DNA of 64,000 nt from the NCBI GenBank assembly GCA_964016885.1, contig OZ024755.1:40424001-40488000 (forward strand), in the 5' to 3' direction. Origin of the DNA: Eledone cirrhosa. Taxonomy: Eukaryota. The position numbers were made by a program, and so were the translations under genes. Below, in pieces: positions 43,185 to 58,787 of the stretch (positions within the stretch are counted from its first letter, which is position 1; each line of letters begins with the position of its first letter). The notes beneath the pieces are model-generated. The model was not told the DNA's origin, searched no databases, and saw nothing but the letters and a program-made list of their open reading frames with translations.

Positions 43185-44790
43185 ACAGTGGGGAACGTGG
43201 TTTTAGCTGTCTTTTCTGGAGACATATTTCCTAGTAATTCAGGGGTGCTGATTTCGAAAATGAAATCCATTATCCAAATGACCATTGTTCATCATTTCCG
43301 GTATTGTCGCCATTTCTAGGAATAGATTTGGCTTCATAAAATGCAGAGCCATGTATGGAGCCTGACATAAGCTTGAAAACATAGTTTTTCAATATCATTT
43401 CAAGTAAATACAACAACAAAAGTGAAAACAAAAAGCATAATTTAAATATCTTCAGTAAATAAAAAGCATCAAACTTGAACAACTTTCACAATTTTCAATC
43501 TCACCAGTTACAAATGTCATGATGATGACAGAAAGGTCATTTATACAATTAGGTGTTAATAAACAAAACATTTTTGTGGTCCTTGACATCATATATGTCA
43601 TATATTTGTTGCACTTGCTGTACATATCTGCAGATCTACCCACATTGTGCTTAATTTGTGTGACTGTCATTGCAAACCAGGGGAGACATGTTTTCTTATG
43701 AAAATTGACATGTTGCATTCGCTGTTAATGTTGTAATTGTGGAGTCACGTGGATAAAGGTCATTCTGAACATTATATAACGCTAAAGGAAAATTACGACT
43801 GTATAAAAATAGTGTTTGAAAAGGTGTGGTGTGAGGAGCACAACTAGACTATATGTGGCCACATGGATTGGGTTGCTTCTTGGTCTACAAGATGGATATA
43901 ACAAGTATCCTTGTTTGTTTGTTTGCTTGTTTGTTTGTTGTTTGTTTTGTTCCTTTGGGACAGTCGAGCACAAAGCAACAGTTGGACATGTAAGACAAAT
44001 CTAGCAGTAGCGTGTTCAAAATTGAAGAGAAAAATATTTTAAACAAACACATGAAGGTTTTGTTTCCCCCGTCCCAAATCCCATCCCATTTCATATGAAG
44101 CTTGGACTGATGAAGTACTTTGTGAAAGCCTTGGACCAGCATGGTAGCTGTTTCAAATACTTAAGCAGAAAGATTTTAGTCTTGTCTTGGGAGAAAATTA
44201 AGGCTGATGTGTTTGACCGTTCCCAAATTAGGCTGCTATTGCAGGAAGAGCAGTTTTTAGAGACCATGTCTGGCGTTGAAAAAGAAGCGCGGACTGCTTT
44301 TGATGCGGTGTGGCTGATGCACTGGGAAATAGTAAATCGTCAAATTATGAAGAACTTGTGCAGACCCTGTTAACCGGTTTTCGAGCACTGGGCTGCAACA
44401 TGAGTGTAAAGGTGCATTTCTTGCTCAGTCGTGTGGATTACTTTCCTGAAATTCTGGGTGCAGTGAATGATGAACAAGGAGAAAGATTCCACCAAAACAA
44501 CAGGACCATGGAGTCTAGGTATGAAGACAGGTGGAACACAAACTAGATGGTTGACTACTGCTGGTGTCTGTAAAGGGATGCCACAATACAAATTATTCAC
44601 ACAAAACAGCAAAGAGAAAGTTAAATCCTTGAATAGCTGAAATTCCAGTTTGACAGACATATCTCTCCTAAGATGTGTAGTTAAATATGTTGTGTAGTAT
44701 ATTTGTTAAACAATAAAAAGTACTATTTGATCTGTACAGTATTTCAATTAATGGCGATATTGACTTGAAGTAATAAAACATTTCTACGTT
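43185..44790 (+). mobile_element. decayed Chapaev3-like (CMC superfamily) DNA transposon
   Basis: 43755-44600: LKENY..ICG..LLGLQDGYNKYPC..LWDSRA; HMKLGLMKYFVKALD; LGCNMSVKVHFL..DEQGERFHQ..DYCW; terminal-like segment cagtggggaac..ggggtgctgatttcgaaaatga. Superfamily assigned from recalled motifs. Confidence 0.7.
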
Positions 44791-44869
44791 TATTTATGAC
44801 CAGAGTACCATTAAATGGGTAGGAACAATTGTAAATAACAAGACAACTAAAACTTCTGTTTCCCTAGTA

Positions 44870-44931
<62 letters not shown>

Positions 44932-44939
<8 letters not shown>

Positions 44940-45200
44940 TATAAGCTATCGCCGTATTTTGACTAAAGAAATTAAAGAAATTATTTAACCAGATAGTGGG
45001 GTTAAGAACCCCCGGAGAAATGGAAAAAGATGAGTATTGACGTACATGTACGTCAATACTCATCTTTTTCCATTTCTCCGAGGGTTCGGAACCCCACTAT
45101 CAGGTTAAATAATTTCTTTAATTTCTTTAGTCAAAATACGGCGATAGCTTATATTTCTAATTTCAAACCCGCTCGCTGTTTCGAAAATATTCTTACATGA
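44932..45200. repeat. 230-bp spacerless palindrome (44932-45046/45047-45161) plus ~40-bp tail, between (TA)n
   Basis: Centre gacgtaca|tgtacgtc; few arm mismatches. Confidence 0.92.
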
Positions 45201-45241
<41 letters not shown>

Positions 45242-45252
45242 TATATATATAT

Positions 45253-46866
<1,614 letters not shown>

Positions 46867-46898
46867 AAATATATATATATATAACAATATATATATAT

Positions 46899-47262
<364 letters not shown>

Positions 47263-47263
47263 C

Positions 47264-47298
<35 letters not shown>

Positions 47299-47391
47299 CA
47301 TATATATATACATATATATATATACATATATATATTTACATACATATATATATACATATATATATTTACATACATGTATATATATACATAC

Positions 47392-47464
<73 letters not shown>

Positions 47465-47480
47465 CATATATATATTATAT

Positions 47481-47680
47481 NNNNNNNNNNNNNNNNNNNN
47501 NNNNNNNNNNNNNNNNNNNNNNNNNNNNNNNNNNNNNNNNNNNNNNNNNNNNNNNNNNNNNNNNNNNNNNNNNNNNNNNNNNNNNNNNNNNNNNNNNNNN
47601 NNNNNNNNNNNNNNNNNNNNNNNNNNNNNNNNNNNNNNNNNNNNNNNNNNNNNNNNNNNNNNNNNNNNNNNNNNNNNNNN
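47481..47680. other. assembly gap (200 N)
   Basis: N run. Confidence 1.
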
Positions 47681-50600
47681 ATGGCAAGTGTGGTTATTTC
47701 TAGTGTAGGGGGGAGTGTGGGGAGAAAGGATGGCAAGTGTGGTTATTTCTAGTGTAGGGGGGAGTGTGGGGAGAAAGGATGGCAAGTGTGGTTATTTCTA
47801 GTGTAGGGGGGAGTGTGGGGAGAAAGGGTGGCAAGTGTGGTTATTTCTAGTGTAGGGGGGAGTGTGGGGAGAAAGGATGGCAAGTGTGGTTATTTCTAGT
47901 GTAGGGGGAGTGTGGGGAGAAAGGGTGGCAAGTGTGGTTATTTCTAGTGTAGGGGGAGTGTGGGGAGAAAGGATGGCAAGTGTGGTTATTTCTAGTGTAG
48001 AGGGGAGTGTGGGGAGAAAGGGATGGCAAGTGTGGTTATTTCTAGTGTAGGGGGAGTGTGGGGAGAAAGGATGGCAAGTGTGGTTATTTCTAGTGTAGGG
48101 GGGAGTGTGGGGAGAAAGGGTGGCAAGTGTGGTTATTTCTAGTGTAGGGGGAGTGTGGGGAGAAAGGATGGCAAGTGTGGTTATTTCTAGTGTAGGGGGG
48201 AGTGTGGGGAGAAAGGGTGGCAAGTGTGGTTATTTCTAGTGTAGGGGGAGTGTGGGGAGAAAGGATGGCAAGTGTGGTTATTTCTAGTGTAGAGGGGAGT
48301 GTGGGGAGAAAGGATGGCAAGTGTGGTTATTTCTAGTGTAGGGGGAGTGTGGGGAGAAAGGATGGCAAGTGTGGTTATTTCTAGTGTAGGGGGAGTGTGG
48401 GGAGAAAGGATGGCAAGTGTGGTTTAGTGTAGGGGAGAGTTGGTATGGGGGAGAAAGGATGGCAAGTGTGGTTATTTCTAGTGTAGAGGGGGAGTGTGGA
48501 GGAGAAGGATGGCAAGTGTGGTTAGATTTCTAGTGTAGGAGGGGAGTGTGGGGAGAAAGGGCTGGCAAGTGTGGTTATTTCTAGTGTAGGGGAGTGTGGG
48601 GAGAAAGGATGGCAAGTGTGGTTAATTTCTAGTGTAGGGGAGTGTGGGGAGAAAGGATGCAAGTGTGGTTATTTCTATTGTAGGGGGGAGTGTGGGGAGA
48701 AAGGGTGGCAAGTGTGGTTATTTCTAGTGTAGGGGGAGTGTGGGGAGAAAGGATGGCAAGTGTGGTTATTTCTAGTGTAGGGGGGAGTGTGGGGAGAAAG
48801 GATGGCAAGTGTGGTTATTTCTAGTGTAGGGGGAGTGTGGGGAGAAAGGGATGGCAAGTGTGGTTATTTCTAGTGTAGGGGAGTGTGGGGAGAAAGGATG
48901 GCAAGTGTGGTTATTTCTAGTGTAGGGGGAGTGTGGGGAGAAAGGATGGCAAGTGTGGTTATTTCTAGTGTAGGGGGAGTGTGGGGAGAAAGGATGGCAA
49001 GTGTGGTTATTTCTAGTGTAGGGGGGAGTGTGGGGAGAAAGGTGGCAAGTGTGGTTATTTCTAGTGTAGGGGGGAGTTGTGGGGAGAAAGGATGGCAAGT
49101 GTGGTTATTTCTAGTGTAGGGGAGTGTGGGGAGAAAGGATGGCAAGTGTGGTTATTTCTAGTGTAGGGGGAGTGTGGGGAGAAAGGATGGCAAGTGTGGT
49201 TATTTCTAGTGTAGGGGGAGTGTGGGGAGAAAGGGTGGCAAGTGTGGTTATTTCTAGTGTAGGGGGAGTGTGGGGAGAAAGGATGGCAAGTGTGGTTATT
49301 TCTAGTGTAGGGGGGAGTGTGGGGAGAAAGGATGGCAAGTGTGGTTATTTCTAGTGTAGGGGGAGTGTGGGGAGAAAGGATGGCAAGTGTGGTTATTTCT
49401 AGTGTAGGGGGAGTGTGGGGAGAAAGGGTGGCAAGTGTGGTTATTTCTAGTGTAGGGGGAGTGTGGGGAGAAAGGATGGCAAGTGTGGTTATTTCTAGTG
49501 TAGGGGGAGTGTGGGGAGAAAGGATGGCAAGTGTGGTTATTTCTAGTGTAGGGGGAGTGTGGGGAGAAAGGGTGGCAAGTGTGGTTATTTCTAGTGTAGG
49601 GGGAGTGTGGGGAGAAAGGATGGCAAGTGTGGTTATTTCTAGTGTAGGGGGGAGTGTGGGGAGAAAGGATGGCAAGTGTGGTTATTTCTAGTGTAGGGGG
49701 GAGTGTGGGGAGAAAGGATGGCAAGTGTGGTTATTTCTAGTGTAGGGGGGAGTGTGGGGAGAAAGGTGGCAAGTGTGGTTATTTCTAGTGTAGGGGGAGT
49801 GTGGGGAGAAAGGATGGCAAGTGTGGTTATTTCTAGTGTAGGGGGAGTGTGGGGAGAAAGGGTGGCAAGTGTGGTTATTTCTAGTGTAGGGGGAGTGTGG
49901 GGAGAAAGGATGGCAAGTGTGGTTATTTCTAGTGTAGAGGGGAGTGTGGGGAGAAAGGATGGCAAGTGTGGTTATTTCTAGTGTAGGGGGAGTGTGGGGA
50001 GAAAGGATGGCAAGTGTGGTTATTTCTAGTGTAGGGGGAGTGTGGGGAGAAAGGTGGCAAGTGTGGTTATTTCTAGTGTAGGGGGAGTGTGGGGAGAAAG
50101 GATGGCAAGTGTGGTTATTTCTAGTGTAGGGGGAGTGTGGGGAGAAAGGGTGGCAAGTGTGGTTATTTCTAGTGTAGGGGGAGTGTGGGGAGAAAGGATG
50201 GCAAGTGTGGTTATTTCTAGTGTAGAGGGGAGTGTGGGGAGAAAGGATGGCAAGTGTGGTTATTTCTAGTGTAGGGGGAGTGTGGGGAGAAAGGATGGCA
50301 AGTGTGGTTATTTCTAGTGTAGGGGGAGTGTGGGGAGAAAGGATGGCAAGTGTGGTTATTTCTAGTGTAGGGGGAGTGTGGGGAGAAAGGATGGCAAGTG
50401 TGGTTATTTCTAGTGTAGAGGGGGAGTGTGGGGAGAAAGGATGGCAAGTGTGGTTATTTCTAGTGTAGGGGGGAGTGTGGGGAGAAAGGGTGGCAAGTGT
50501 GGTTATTTCTAGTGTAGGGGGAGTGTGGGGAGAAAGGATGGCAAGTGTGGTTATTTCTAGTGTAGGGGGAGTGTGGGGAGAAAGGATGGCAAGTGTGGTT

Positions 50601-53600
50601 ATTTCTAGTGTAGGGGGAGTGTGGGGAGAAAGGATGGCAAGTGTGGTTATTTCTAGTGTAGGGGGGAGTGTGGGGAGAAAGGGTGGCAAGTGTGGTTATT
50701 TCTAGTGTAGGGGGGAGTGTGGGGAGAAAGGGTGGCAAGTGTGGTTATTTCTAGTGTAGGGGGAGTGTGGGGAGAAAGGATGGCAAGTGTGGTTATTTCT
50801 AGTGTAGGGGGAGTGTGGGGAGAAAGGATGGCAAGTGTGGTTATTTCTAGTGTAGGGGGAGTGTGGGGAGAAAGGATGGCAAGTGTGGTTATTTCTAGTG
50901 TAGGGGGAGTGTGGGGAGAAAGGGTGGCAAGTGTGGTTATTTCTAGTGTAGGGGGGAGTGTGGGGAGAAAGGGTGGCAAGTGTGGTTATTTCTAGTGTAG
51001 GGGGAGTGTGGGGAGAAAGGATGGCAAGTGTGGTTATTTCTAGTGTAGGGGGAGTGTGGGGAGAAAGGATGGCAAGTGTGGTTATTTCTAGTGTAGGGGG
51101 AGTGTGGGGAGAAAGGATGGCAAGTGTGGTTATTTCTAGTGTAGGGGGGAGTGTGGGGAGAAAGGGTGGCAAGTGTGGTTATTTCTAGTGTAGGGGGAGT
51201 GTGGGGAGAAAGGATGGCAAGTGTGGTTATTTCTAGTGTAGGGGGAGTGTGGGGAGAAAGGATGGCAAGTGTGGTTATTTCTAGTGTAGGGGGAGTGTGG
51301 GGAGAAAGGATGGCAAGTGTGGTTATTTCTAGTGTAGGGGGAGTGTGGGGAGAAAGGATGGCAAGTGTGGTTATTTCTAGTGTAGGGGGGAGTGTGGGGA
51401 GAAAGGGTGGCAAGTGTGGTTATTTCTAGTGTAGGGGGGAGTGTGGGGAGAAAGGGTGGCAAGTGTGGTTATTTCTAGTGTAGGGGGGAGTGTGGGGAGA
51501 AAGGATGGCAAGTGTGGTTATTTCTAGTGTAGGGGGGAGTGTGGGGAGAAAGGGTGGCAAGTGTGGTTATTTCTAGTGTAGGGGGAGTGTGGGGAGAAAG
51601 GATGGCAAGTGTGGTTATTTCTAGTGTAGGGGGAGTGTGGGGAGAAAGGGTGGCAAGTGTGGTTATTTCTAGTGTAGGGGGAGTGTGGGGAGAAAGGATG
51701 GCAAGTGTGGTTATTTCTAGTGTAGAGGGGGAGTGTGGGGAGAAAGGATGGCAAGTGTGGTTATTTCTAGTGTAGGGGGGAGTGTGGGGAGAAAGGGTGG
51801 CAAGTGTGGTTATTTCTAGTGTAGGGGGAGTGTGGGGAGAAAGGATGGCAAGTGTGGTTATTTCTAGTGTAGGGGGAGTGTGGGGAGAAAGGGTGGCAAG
51901 TGTGGTTATTTCTAGTGTAGGGGGAGTGTGGGGAGAAAGGATGGCAAGTGTGGTTATTTCTAGTGTAGAGGGGGAGTGTGGGGAGAAAGGATGGCAAGTG
52001 TGGTTATTTCTAGTGTAGGGGGGAGTGTGGGGAGAAAGGGTGGCAAGTGTGGTTATTTCTAGTGTAGGGGGAGTGTGGGGAGAAAGGATGGCAAGTGTGG
52101 TTATTTCTAGTGTAGAGGGGGAGTGTGGGGAGAAAGGATGGCAAGTGTGGTTATTTCTAGTGTAGGGGGGAGTGTGGGGAGAAAGGGTGGCAAGTGTGGT
52201 TATTTCTAGTGTAGGGGGAGTGTGGGGAGAAAGGATGGCAAGTGTGGTTATTTCTAGTGTAGGGGGAGTGTGGGGAGAAAGGGTGGCAAGTGTGGTTATT
52301 TCTAGTGTAGGGGGAGTGTGGGGAGAAAGGATGGCAAGTGTGGTTATTTCTAGTGTAGAGGGGGAGTGTGGGGAGAAAGGATGGCAAGTGTGGTTATTTC
52401 TAGTGTAGGGGGGAGTGTGGGGAGAAAGGGTGGCAAGTGTGGTTATTTCTAGTGTAGGGGGGAGTGTGGGGAGAAAGGGTGGCAAGTGTGGTTATTTCTA
52501 GTGTAGGGGGGAGTGTGGGGAGAAAGGGTGGCAAGTGTGGTTATTTCTAGTGTAGGGGGGAGTGTGGGGAGAAAGGATGGCAAGTGTGGTTATTTCTAGT
52601 GTAGAGGGGGAGTGTGGGGAGAAAGGATGGCAAGTGTGGTTATTTCTAGTGTAGGGGGGAGTGTGGGGAGAAAGGGTGGCAAGTGTGGTTATTTCTAGTG
52701 TAGGGGGGAGTGTGGGGAGAAAGGGTGGCAAGTGTGGTTATTTCTAGTGTAGGGGGAGTGTGGGGAGAAAGGATGGCAAGTGTGGTTATTTCTAGTGTAG
52801 GGGGAGTGTGGGGAGAAAGGATGGCAAGTGTGGTTATTTCTAGTGTAGGGGGGAGTGTGGGGAGAAAGGGTGGCAAGTGTGGTTATTTCTAGTGTAGAGG
52901 GGGAGTGTGGGGAGAAAGGATGGCAAGTGTGGTTATTTCTAGTGTAGAGGGGGAGTGTGGGGAGAAAGGATGGCAAGTGTGGTTATTTCTAGTGTAGGGG
53001 GGAGTGTGGGGAGAAAGGGTGGCAAGTGTGGTTATTTCTAGTGTAGGGGGAGTGTGGGGAGAAAGGATGGCAAGTGTGGTTATTTCTAGTGTAGGGGGGA
53101 GTGTGGGGAGAAAGGGTGGCAAGTGTGGTTATTTCTAGTGTAGAGGGGGAGTGTGGGGAGAAAGGGTGGCAAGTGTGGTTATTTCTAGTGTAGGGGGAGT
53201 GTGGGGAGAAAGGATGGCAAGTGTGGTTATTTCTAGTGTAGAGGGGGAGTGTGGGGAGAAAGGGTGGCAAGTGTGGTTATTTCTAGTGTAGGGGGAGTGT
53301 GGGGAGAAAGGGTGGCAAGTGTGGTTATTTCTAGTGTAGGGGGAGTGTGGGGAGAAAGGATGGCAAGTGTGGTTATTTCTAGTGTAGGGGGAGTGTGGGC
53401 AGAAAGGATGGCAAGTGTGGTTATTTCTAGTGTAGAGGGGGAGTGTGGGGAGAAAGGGTGGCAAGTGTGGTTATTTCTAGTGTAGGGGGAGTGTGGGGAG
53501 AAAGGATGGCAAGTGTGGTTATTTCTAGTGTAGGGGGAGTGTGGGGAGAAAGGGTGGCAAGTGTGGTTATTTCTAGTGTAGGGGGGAGTGTGGGGAGAAA

Positions 53601-56588
53601 GGGTGGCAAGTGTGGTTATTTCTAGTGTAGGGGGAGTGTGGGGAGAAAGGGTGGCAAGTGTGGTTATTTCTAGTGTAGGGGGAGTGTGGGGAGAAAGGGT
53701 GGCAAGTGTGGTTATTTCTAGTGTAGAGGGGGAGTGTGGGGAGAAAGGGTGGCAAGTGTGGTTATTTCTAGTGTAGGGGGAGTGTGGGGAGAAAGGGTGG
53801 CAAGTGTGGTTATTTCTAGTGTAGGGGGAGTGTGGGGAGAAAGGGTGGCAAGTGTGGTTATTTCTAGTGTAGAGGGGGAGTGTGGGGAGAAAGGGTGGCA
53901 AGTGTGGTTATTTCTAGTGTAGGGGGAGTGTGGGGAGAAAGGGTGGCAAGTGTGGTTATTTCTAGTGTAGGGGGAGTGTGGGGAGAAAGGGTGGCAAGTG
54001 TGGTTATTTCTAGTGTAGGGGGGAGTGTGGGGAGAAAGGGTGGCAAGTGTGGTTATTTCTAGTGTAGGGGGGGAGTGTGGGGAGAAAGGGTGGCAAGTGT
54101 GGTTATTTCTAGTGTAGAGGGGGAGTGTGGGGAGAAAGGATGGCAAGTGTGGTTATTTCTAGTGTAGGGGGGAGTGTGGGGAGAAAGGATGGCAAGTGTG
54201 GTTATTTCTAGTGTAGGGGGGAGTGTGGGGAGAAAGGATGGCAAGTGTGGTTATTTCTAGTGTAGGGGGGAGTGTGGGGAGAAAGGATGGCAAGTGTGGT
54301 TATTTCTAGTGTAGGGGGGAGTGTGGGGAGAAAGGGTGGCAAGTGTGGTTATTTCTAGTGTAGGGGGGAGTGTGGGGAGAAAGGATGGCAAGTGTGGTTA
54401 TTTCTAGTGTAGGGGGGAGTGTGGGGAGAAAGGATGGCAAGTGTGGTTATTTCTAGTGTAGGGGGGAGTGTGGGGAGAAAGGATGGCAAGTGTGGTTATT
54501 TCTAGTGTAGGGGGGAGTGTGGGGAGAAAGGATGGCAAGTGTGGTTATTTCTAGTGTAGGGGGGAGTGTGGGGAGAAAGGATGGCAAGTGTGGTTATTTC
54601 TAGTGTAGGGGGGAGTGTGGGGGGAAAGGATGGCAAGTGTGGTTATTTCTAGTGTAGGGGGAGTGTGGGGAGAAAGGGTGGCAAGTGTGATTATTTCTAG
54701 TGTAGGGGTAGTGTGGGGAGAAATGGTGGCAAGTATGGTTATTTCTAGTGTAGGGGGAGTACAGGGAGAAAGGATGGAAAGTGTGGTTATTTCTAGTGTA
54801 GGGGGAGTGTGGGGAGAAAGGATGGCAAGTGTGGTTATTTCTAGTGTAGGGGGAGTGTGGGGAGAAAGGGTGGCAAGTGTGGTTATTTCTAGTGTAGGGG
54901 GGAGTGTGGGGAGAAGGATGGCAAGTGTGATTATTTCTAGTGTAGGGGTAGTGTGGGGAGAAAGGGTGGCAAGTGTGATTATTTCTAGTGTAGGGGGGAG
55001 TGTGGGGAGAAAGGGTGGCAAGTGTGATTATTTCTAGTGTAGGGGTAGTGTGGGGAGAAAGGGTGGCAAGTGTGATTATTTCTAGTGTAGGGGGGAGTGT
55101 GGGGAGAAAGGGTGGCAAGTGTGATTATTTCTAGTGTAGGGGGGAGTGTGGGGAGAAAGGGTGGCAAGTGTGATTATTTCTAGTGTAGGGGTAGTGTGGG
55201 GAGAAAGGGTGGCAAGTGTGATTATTTCTAGTGTAGGGGGGAGTGTGGGGAGAAAGGGTGGCAAGTGTGATTATTTCTAGTGTAGGGGGGAGTGTGGGGA
55301 GAAAGGGTGGCAAGTGTGGTTATTTCTAGTGTAGGGGGGAGTGTGGGGAGAAAGGGTGGCAAGTGTGATTATTTCTAGTGTAGGGGTAGTGTGGGGAGAA
55401 AGGGTGGCAAGTGTGATTATTTCTAGTGTAGGGGGGAGTGTGGGGAGAAAGGGTGGCAAGTGTGATTATTTCTAGTGTAGAGGGAGTGTGGGGAGAAAGG
55501 ATGGCAAGTGTGGTTATTTCTAGTGTAGGGGGGAGTGTGGGGAGAAAGGGTGGCAAGTGTGATTATTTCTAGTGTAGGGGTAGTGTGGGGAGAAAGGGTG
55601 GCAAGTGTGATTATTTCTAGTGTAGGGGGGAGTGTGGGGAGAAAGGGTGGCAAGTGTGATTATTTCTAGTGTAGAGGGAGTGTGGGGAGAAAGGATGGCA
55701 AGTGTGGTTATTTCTAGTGTAGGGGGGAGTGTGGGGAGAAAGGGTGGCAAGTGTGATTATTTCTAGTGTAGGGGTAGTGTGGGCAGAAAGGATGGCAAGT
55801 GTGGTTCTTTCTAGTGTAGGGGGAGTGTGGGGAGAAAGGATGGCAAGTGTGGTTATTTCTAGTGTAGGGGGAGTGTGGGGAGAAAGGATGGCAAGTGTGG
55901 TTGTTTCTAGTATAGGGGGAGTGTGGGGAGAAAGGATGGCAAGTGTGGTTATTTCTACTTTAGGGGGGAGTGTGGGGAGAAAGGGTGGCAAGTATGGTTA
56001 TTTCTAGTGTAGGGGGAGTACAGGGAGAAAAGATGGCAAGTGTGGTTATTTCTAGTGCAGGGGGGAGTGTGGGAAGAAAGGATGGCAAGTGTGGTTATTT
56101 CTAGTGTAGGGGGAGTGTGGGGAGAAGGATGGCAAGTGTGGTTATTTCTAGTGTAGGGGGAGTGTGGGGAGAAAGGATGGCAGGTGTGGTTGTTTCTAGT
56201 ATAGGGGGAGTGTGGGGAGAAAGGGTGGCAAGTGTGGTTATTTCTAGTGTAGGGGGGGAGTGTGGGGAGAAAGGATGGCAAGTGTGGTTATTTCTAGTGT
56301 AGGGGGAGTGTGGGGAGAAGGATGGCAAGTGTGGTTATTTCTAGTGTAGGGGGAGTGTGGGGAGAAAGGATGGCAAGTGTGGTTATTTCTAGTGTAGAGG
56401 CGGAGAGTGGGTAGAAAGGATGAGAGGCGTGGTTATTTCTAGTGTAGGGGTGAGTGTGGGGAGAAAGGGTGGCAAGTGTGGTTATTTCTAGTGTAGGGGG
56501 AGTGTGGGGAGAAAGGATGAGAGGCGTGGTTATTTCTAGTGATGGGGGGTGTGTGGGGAGAAAGATGAGAGGCGTGGTTATTTCTAGT
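47681..56588. repeat. G-rich 48-50-bp satellite, ~184 copies
   Basis: Unit atggcaagtgtggttatttctagtgtagggggagtgtggggagaaagg; homogeneous core, diverged right edge. Confidence 0.97.
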
Positions 56589-56750
56589 TGAGCGTGGCTG
56601 CTGAGGGTTCACGGCTCAATCGTAGAATACTCACTAGCATCGGAATGACTGGGAGAGAGAAGCCGGCACTTCTCAAGATGGAGGTGGCTGCAAGGTGGCT
56701 TTCATGTTGGCTTTGGAGTAGAAGAGAGGAGATAACCTGGAAACCAAGTG

Positions 56751-58203
56751 GAGAAGATAGTCAGTGATTTGGTCACCATTGTTGACCACCAGCGAGAGGG
56801 TGGTACAGTTATGGTCAGAAGGAGAAGATAGGCAGTGATTTGGTCACCATTGTTGACCACCAGCAAGAGGGTGGTACAGTTAAGGTCAGAAGGAGAAGAT
56901 ATGCAGTGATTTGGTCACCATTGTTGACCACCAGCAAGAGGGTGGTACAGTTATGGTCAGAAGGAGAAGATAGGCAGTGATTTGGTCACCATTGTTGACC
57001 ACCAGCAAGAGGGTGGTACAGTTAAGGTCAGAAGGAGAAGATAGGCAGTGATTTGGTCACCATTGTTGACCACCAGCAAGAGGGTGGTACAGTTAAGGTC
57101 AGAAGGAGAAGATATGCAGTGATTTGGTCACCATTGTTGACCACCAGCAAGAGGGTGGTACAGTTAAGGTCAGAAGGAGAAGATAGGCAGTGATTTGGTC
57201 ACCATTGTTGACCACCAGCAAGAGGGTCGTACAGTTAAGGTCAGAAGGAGACGATAGGCAGTGATTTGGTCACTATTGTTGACCACCAGCAAGAGGGTGG
57301 TACAGTTAAGGTCAGAAGGAGAAGATAGGCAGTGATTTGGTCACCATTGTTGACCACCAGCAAGAGGGTGGTACAGTTAAGGTCAGAAGGAGAAGATAGG
57401 CAGTGATTTGGTCACCATTGTTGACCACCAGCGAGAGTGTGGTACAGTTAAGGTCAGAAGGAGAAGATAGTCAGTGATTTGGTCACCATTGTTGACCACC
57501 AGCAAGAGGGTGGTACAGTTAAGGTCAGAAGGAGAAGATAGGCAGTGATTTGGTCACCATTGTTGACCACCAGCAAGAGGGTGGTACAGTTAAGGTCAGA
57601 AGGAGAAGATAGTCAGTGATTTGGTCACCATTGTTGACCACCAGCGAGAGGGTGGTACAGTTAAGGTCAGAAGGAGAAGATAGGCCGTGATTTTGGTCAC
57701 CATTGTTGACCACCAGCAAGAGGGTGGTACAGTTAAGGTCAGAAGGAGAAGATAGTCAGTGATTTGGTCACCATTGTTGACCACCAGCGAGAGGGTGGTA
57801 CAGTTAAGGTCAGAAGGAGAAGATAGTCAGTGATTTTGGTCACCATTGTTGACCACCAGCAAGAGGGTGGTACAGTTAAGGTCAGAAGGAGAAGATAGTC
57901 AGTGATTTGGTCACCATTGTTGACCACCAGCGAGAGGGTGGTACAGTTAAGGTCAGAAGGAGAAGATAGTCAGTGATTTGGTCACCATTGTTGACCACCA
58001 GCAAGAGGGTGGTACAGTTAAGGTCAGAAGGAGAAGATAGGCAGTGATTTGGTCACCATTGCTGACCACCAGTGAGAGAGTGGTACATTTAAGGTCAGAA
58101 GGAGAAGATAGGCAGTGATTTGGTCACCATTGCTGACCACCAGTGAGAGAGTGGTACATTTAAGGTCAGGAAAAGAAGATAGGCCGTGATTTGGTCACCA
58201 TTG
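56751..58203. repeat. 71-bp minisatellite, ~20 copies
   Basis: gagaagataggcagtgatttggtcaccattgttgaccaccagcaagagggtggtacagttaaggtcagaag; period 56751 to 56822. Confidence 0.95.
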
Positions 58204-58341
58204 ACCTATCAGCTGTTGTTATGGTTAAGGATCGAAACAGCCAATGAAAGCTGGAGACCGTCTGATGACATCATCACTTGCCCCTGTCTATATCCAACGA
58301 ATGGGAGATGTAATTATCTTTATTATAATAATAGTTTTAGA

Positions 58342-58775
58342 ATGGTGGGTTGACAGTATCTGTAGAGGGTCGGACACCATGCTTTGCAGCGTAGAGTTAC
58401 GGCCCTTTATTATCTGTTCAAATCTTGCCGAGGTTAACTTTCCCTTTCATAAAATAAAGTTACCAGTCACGAACTGGGGTCGGTTTAATCGACTTTCCCC
58501 TTCCCCAAAATTGCTGGCCTTGTGCCTATATAAGAAACCATTATAATAATAGTTTTAGAGTTGTGGATTAGCACTGTCAGTAGAGCGTCAGACAACATGC
58601 TCTGCGACATAGAGTTGCGGCTCTTAACGTTCGGGCTGAAAGGCCACCCACGTTTCTTTTGTTTTTACGCCTTTCGGGGTCAATGAAAGAAAATGCCAAT
58701 CACGCACTGGTAACGATTTAATCACCCCCCCCCCCTTCAAATTTCTGGCTTTATGCCAAGAATCGAAAGAATTAT
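58342..58775 (+). mobile_element. two adjacent family A SINEs (58342-58539, ~58560-58775)
   Basis: Homology; 20-bp TSD attataataatagttttaga around the first. Confidence 0.8.
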
Positions 58776-58787
58776 ATTAATTATAAG

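Noticed and set aside
47681-56588. Repetitive ORFs (LSPHTPPTLEITTLA, WGERMASVVISSVGG)
   Set aside because: Unit length varies 48-50 bp with constant frameshifts; no frame maintained.
58228-58276. GAAA...CTGATGA order suggesting a type II hammerhead
   Set aside because: No NUH triplet, no stem I, and mismatched stem II closing pair.
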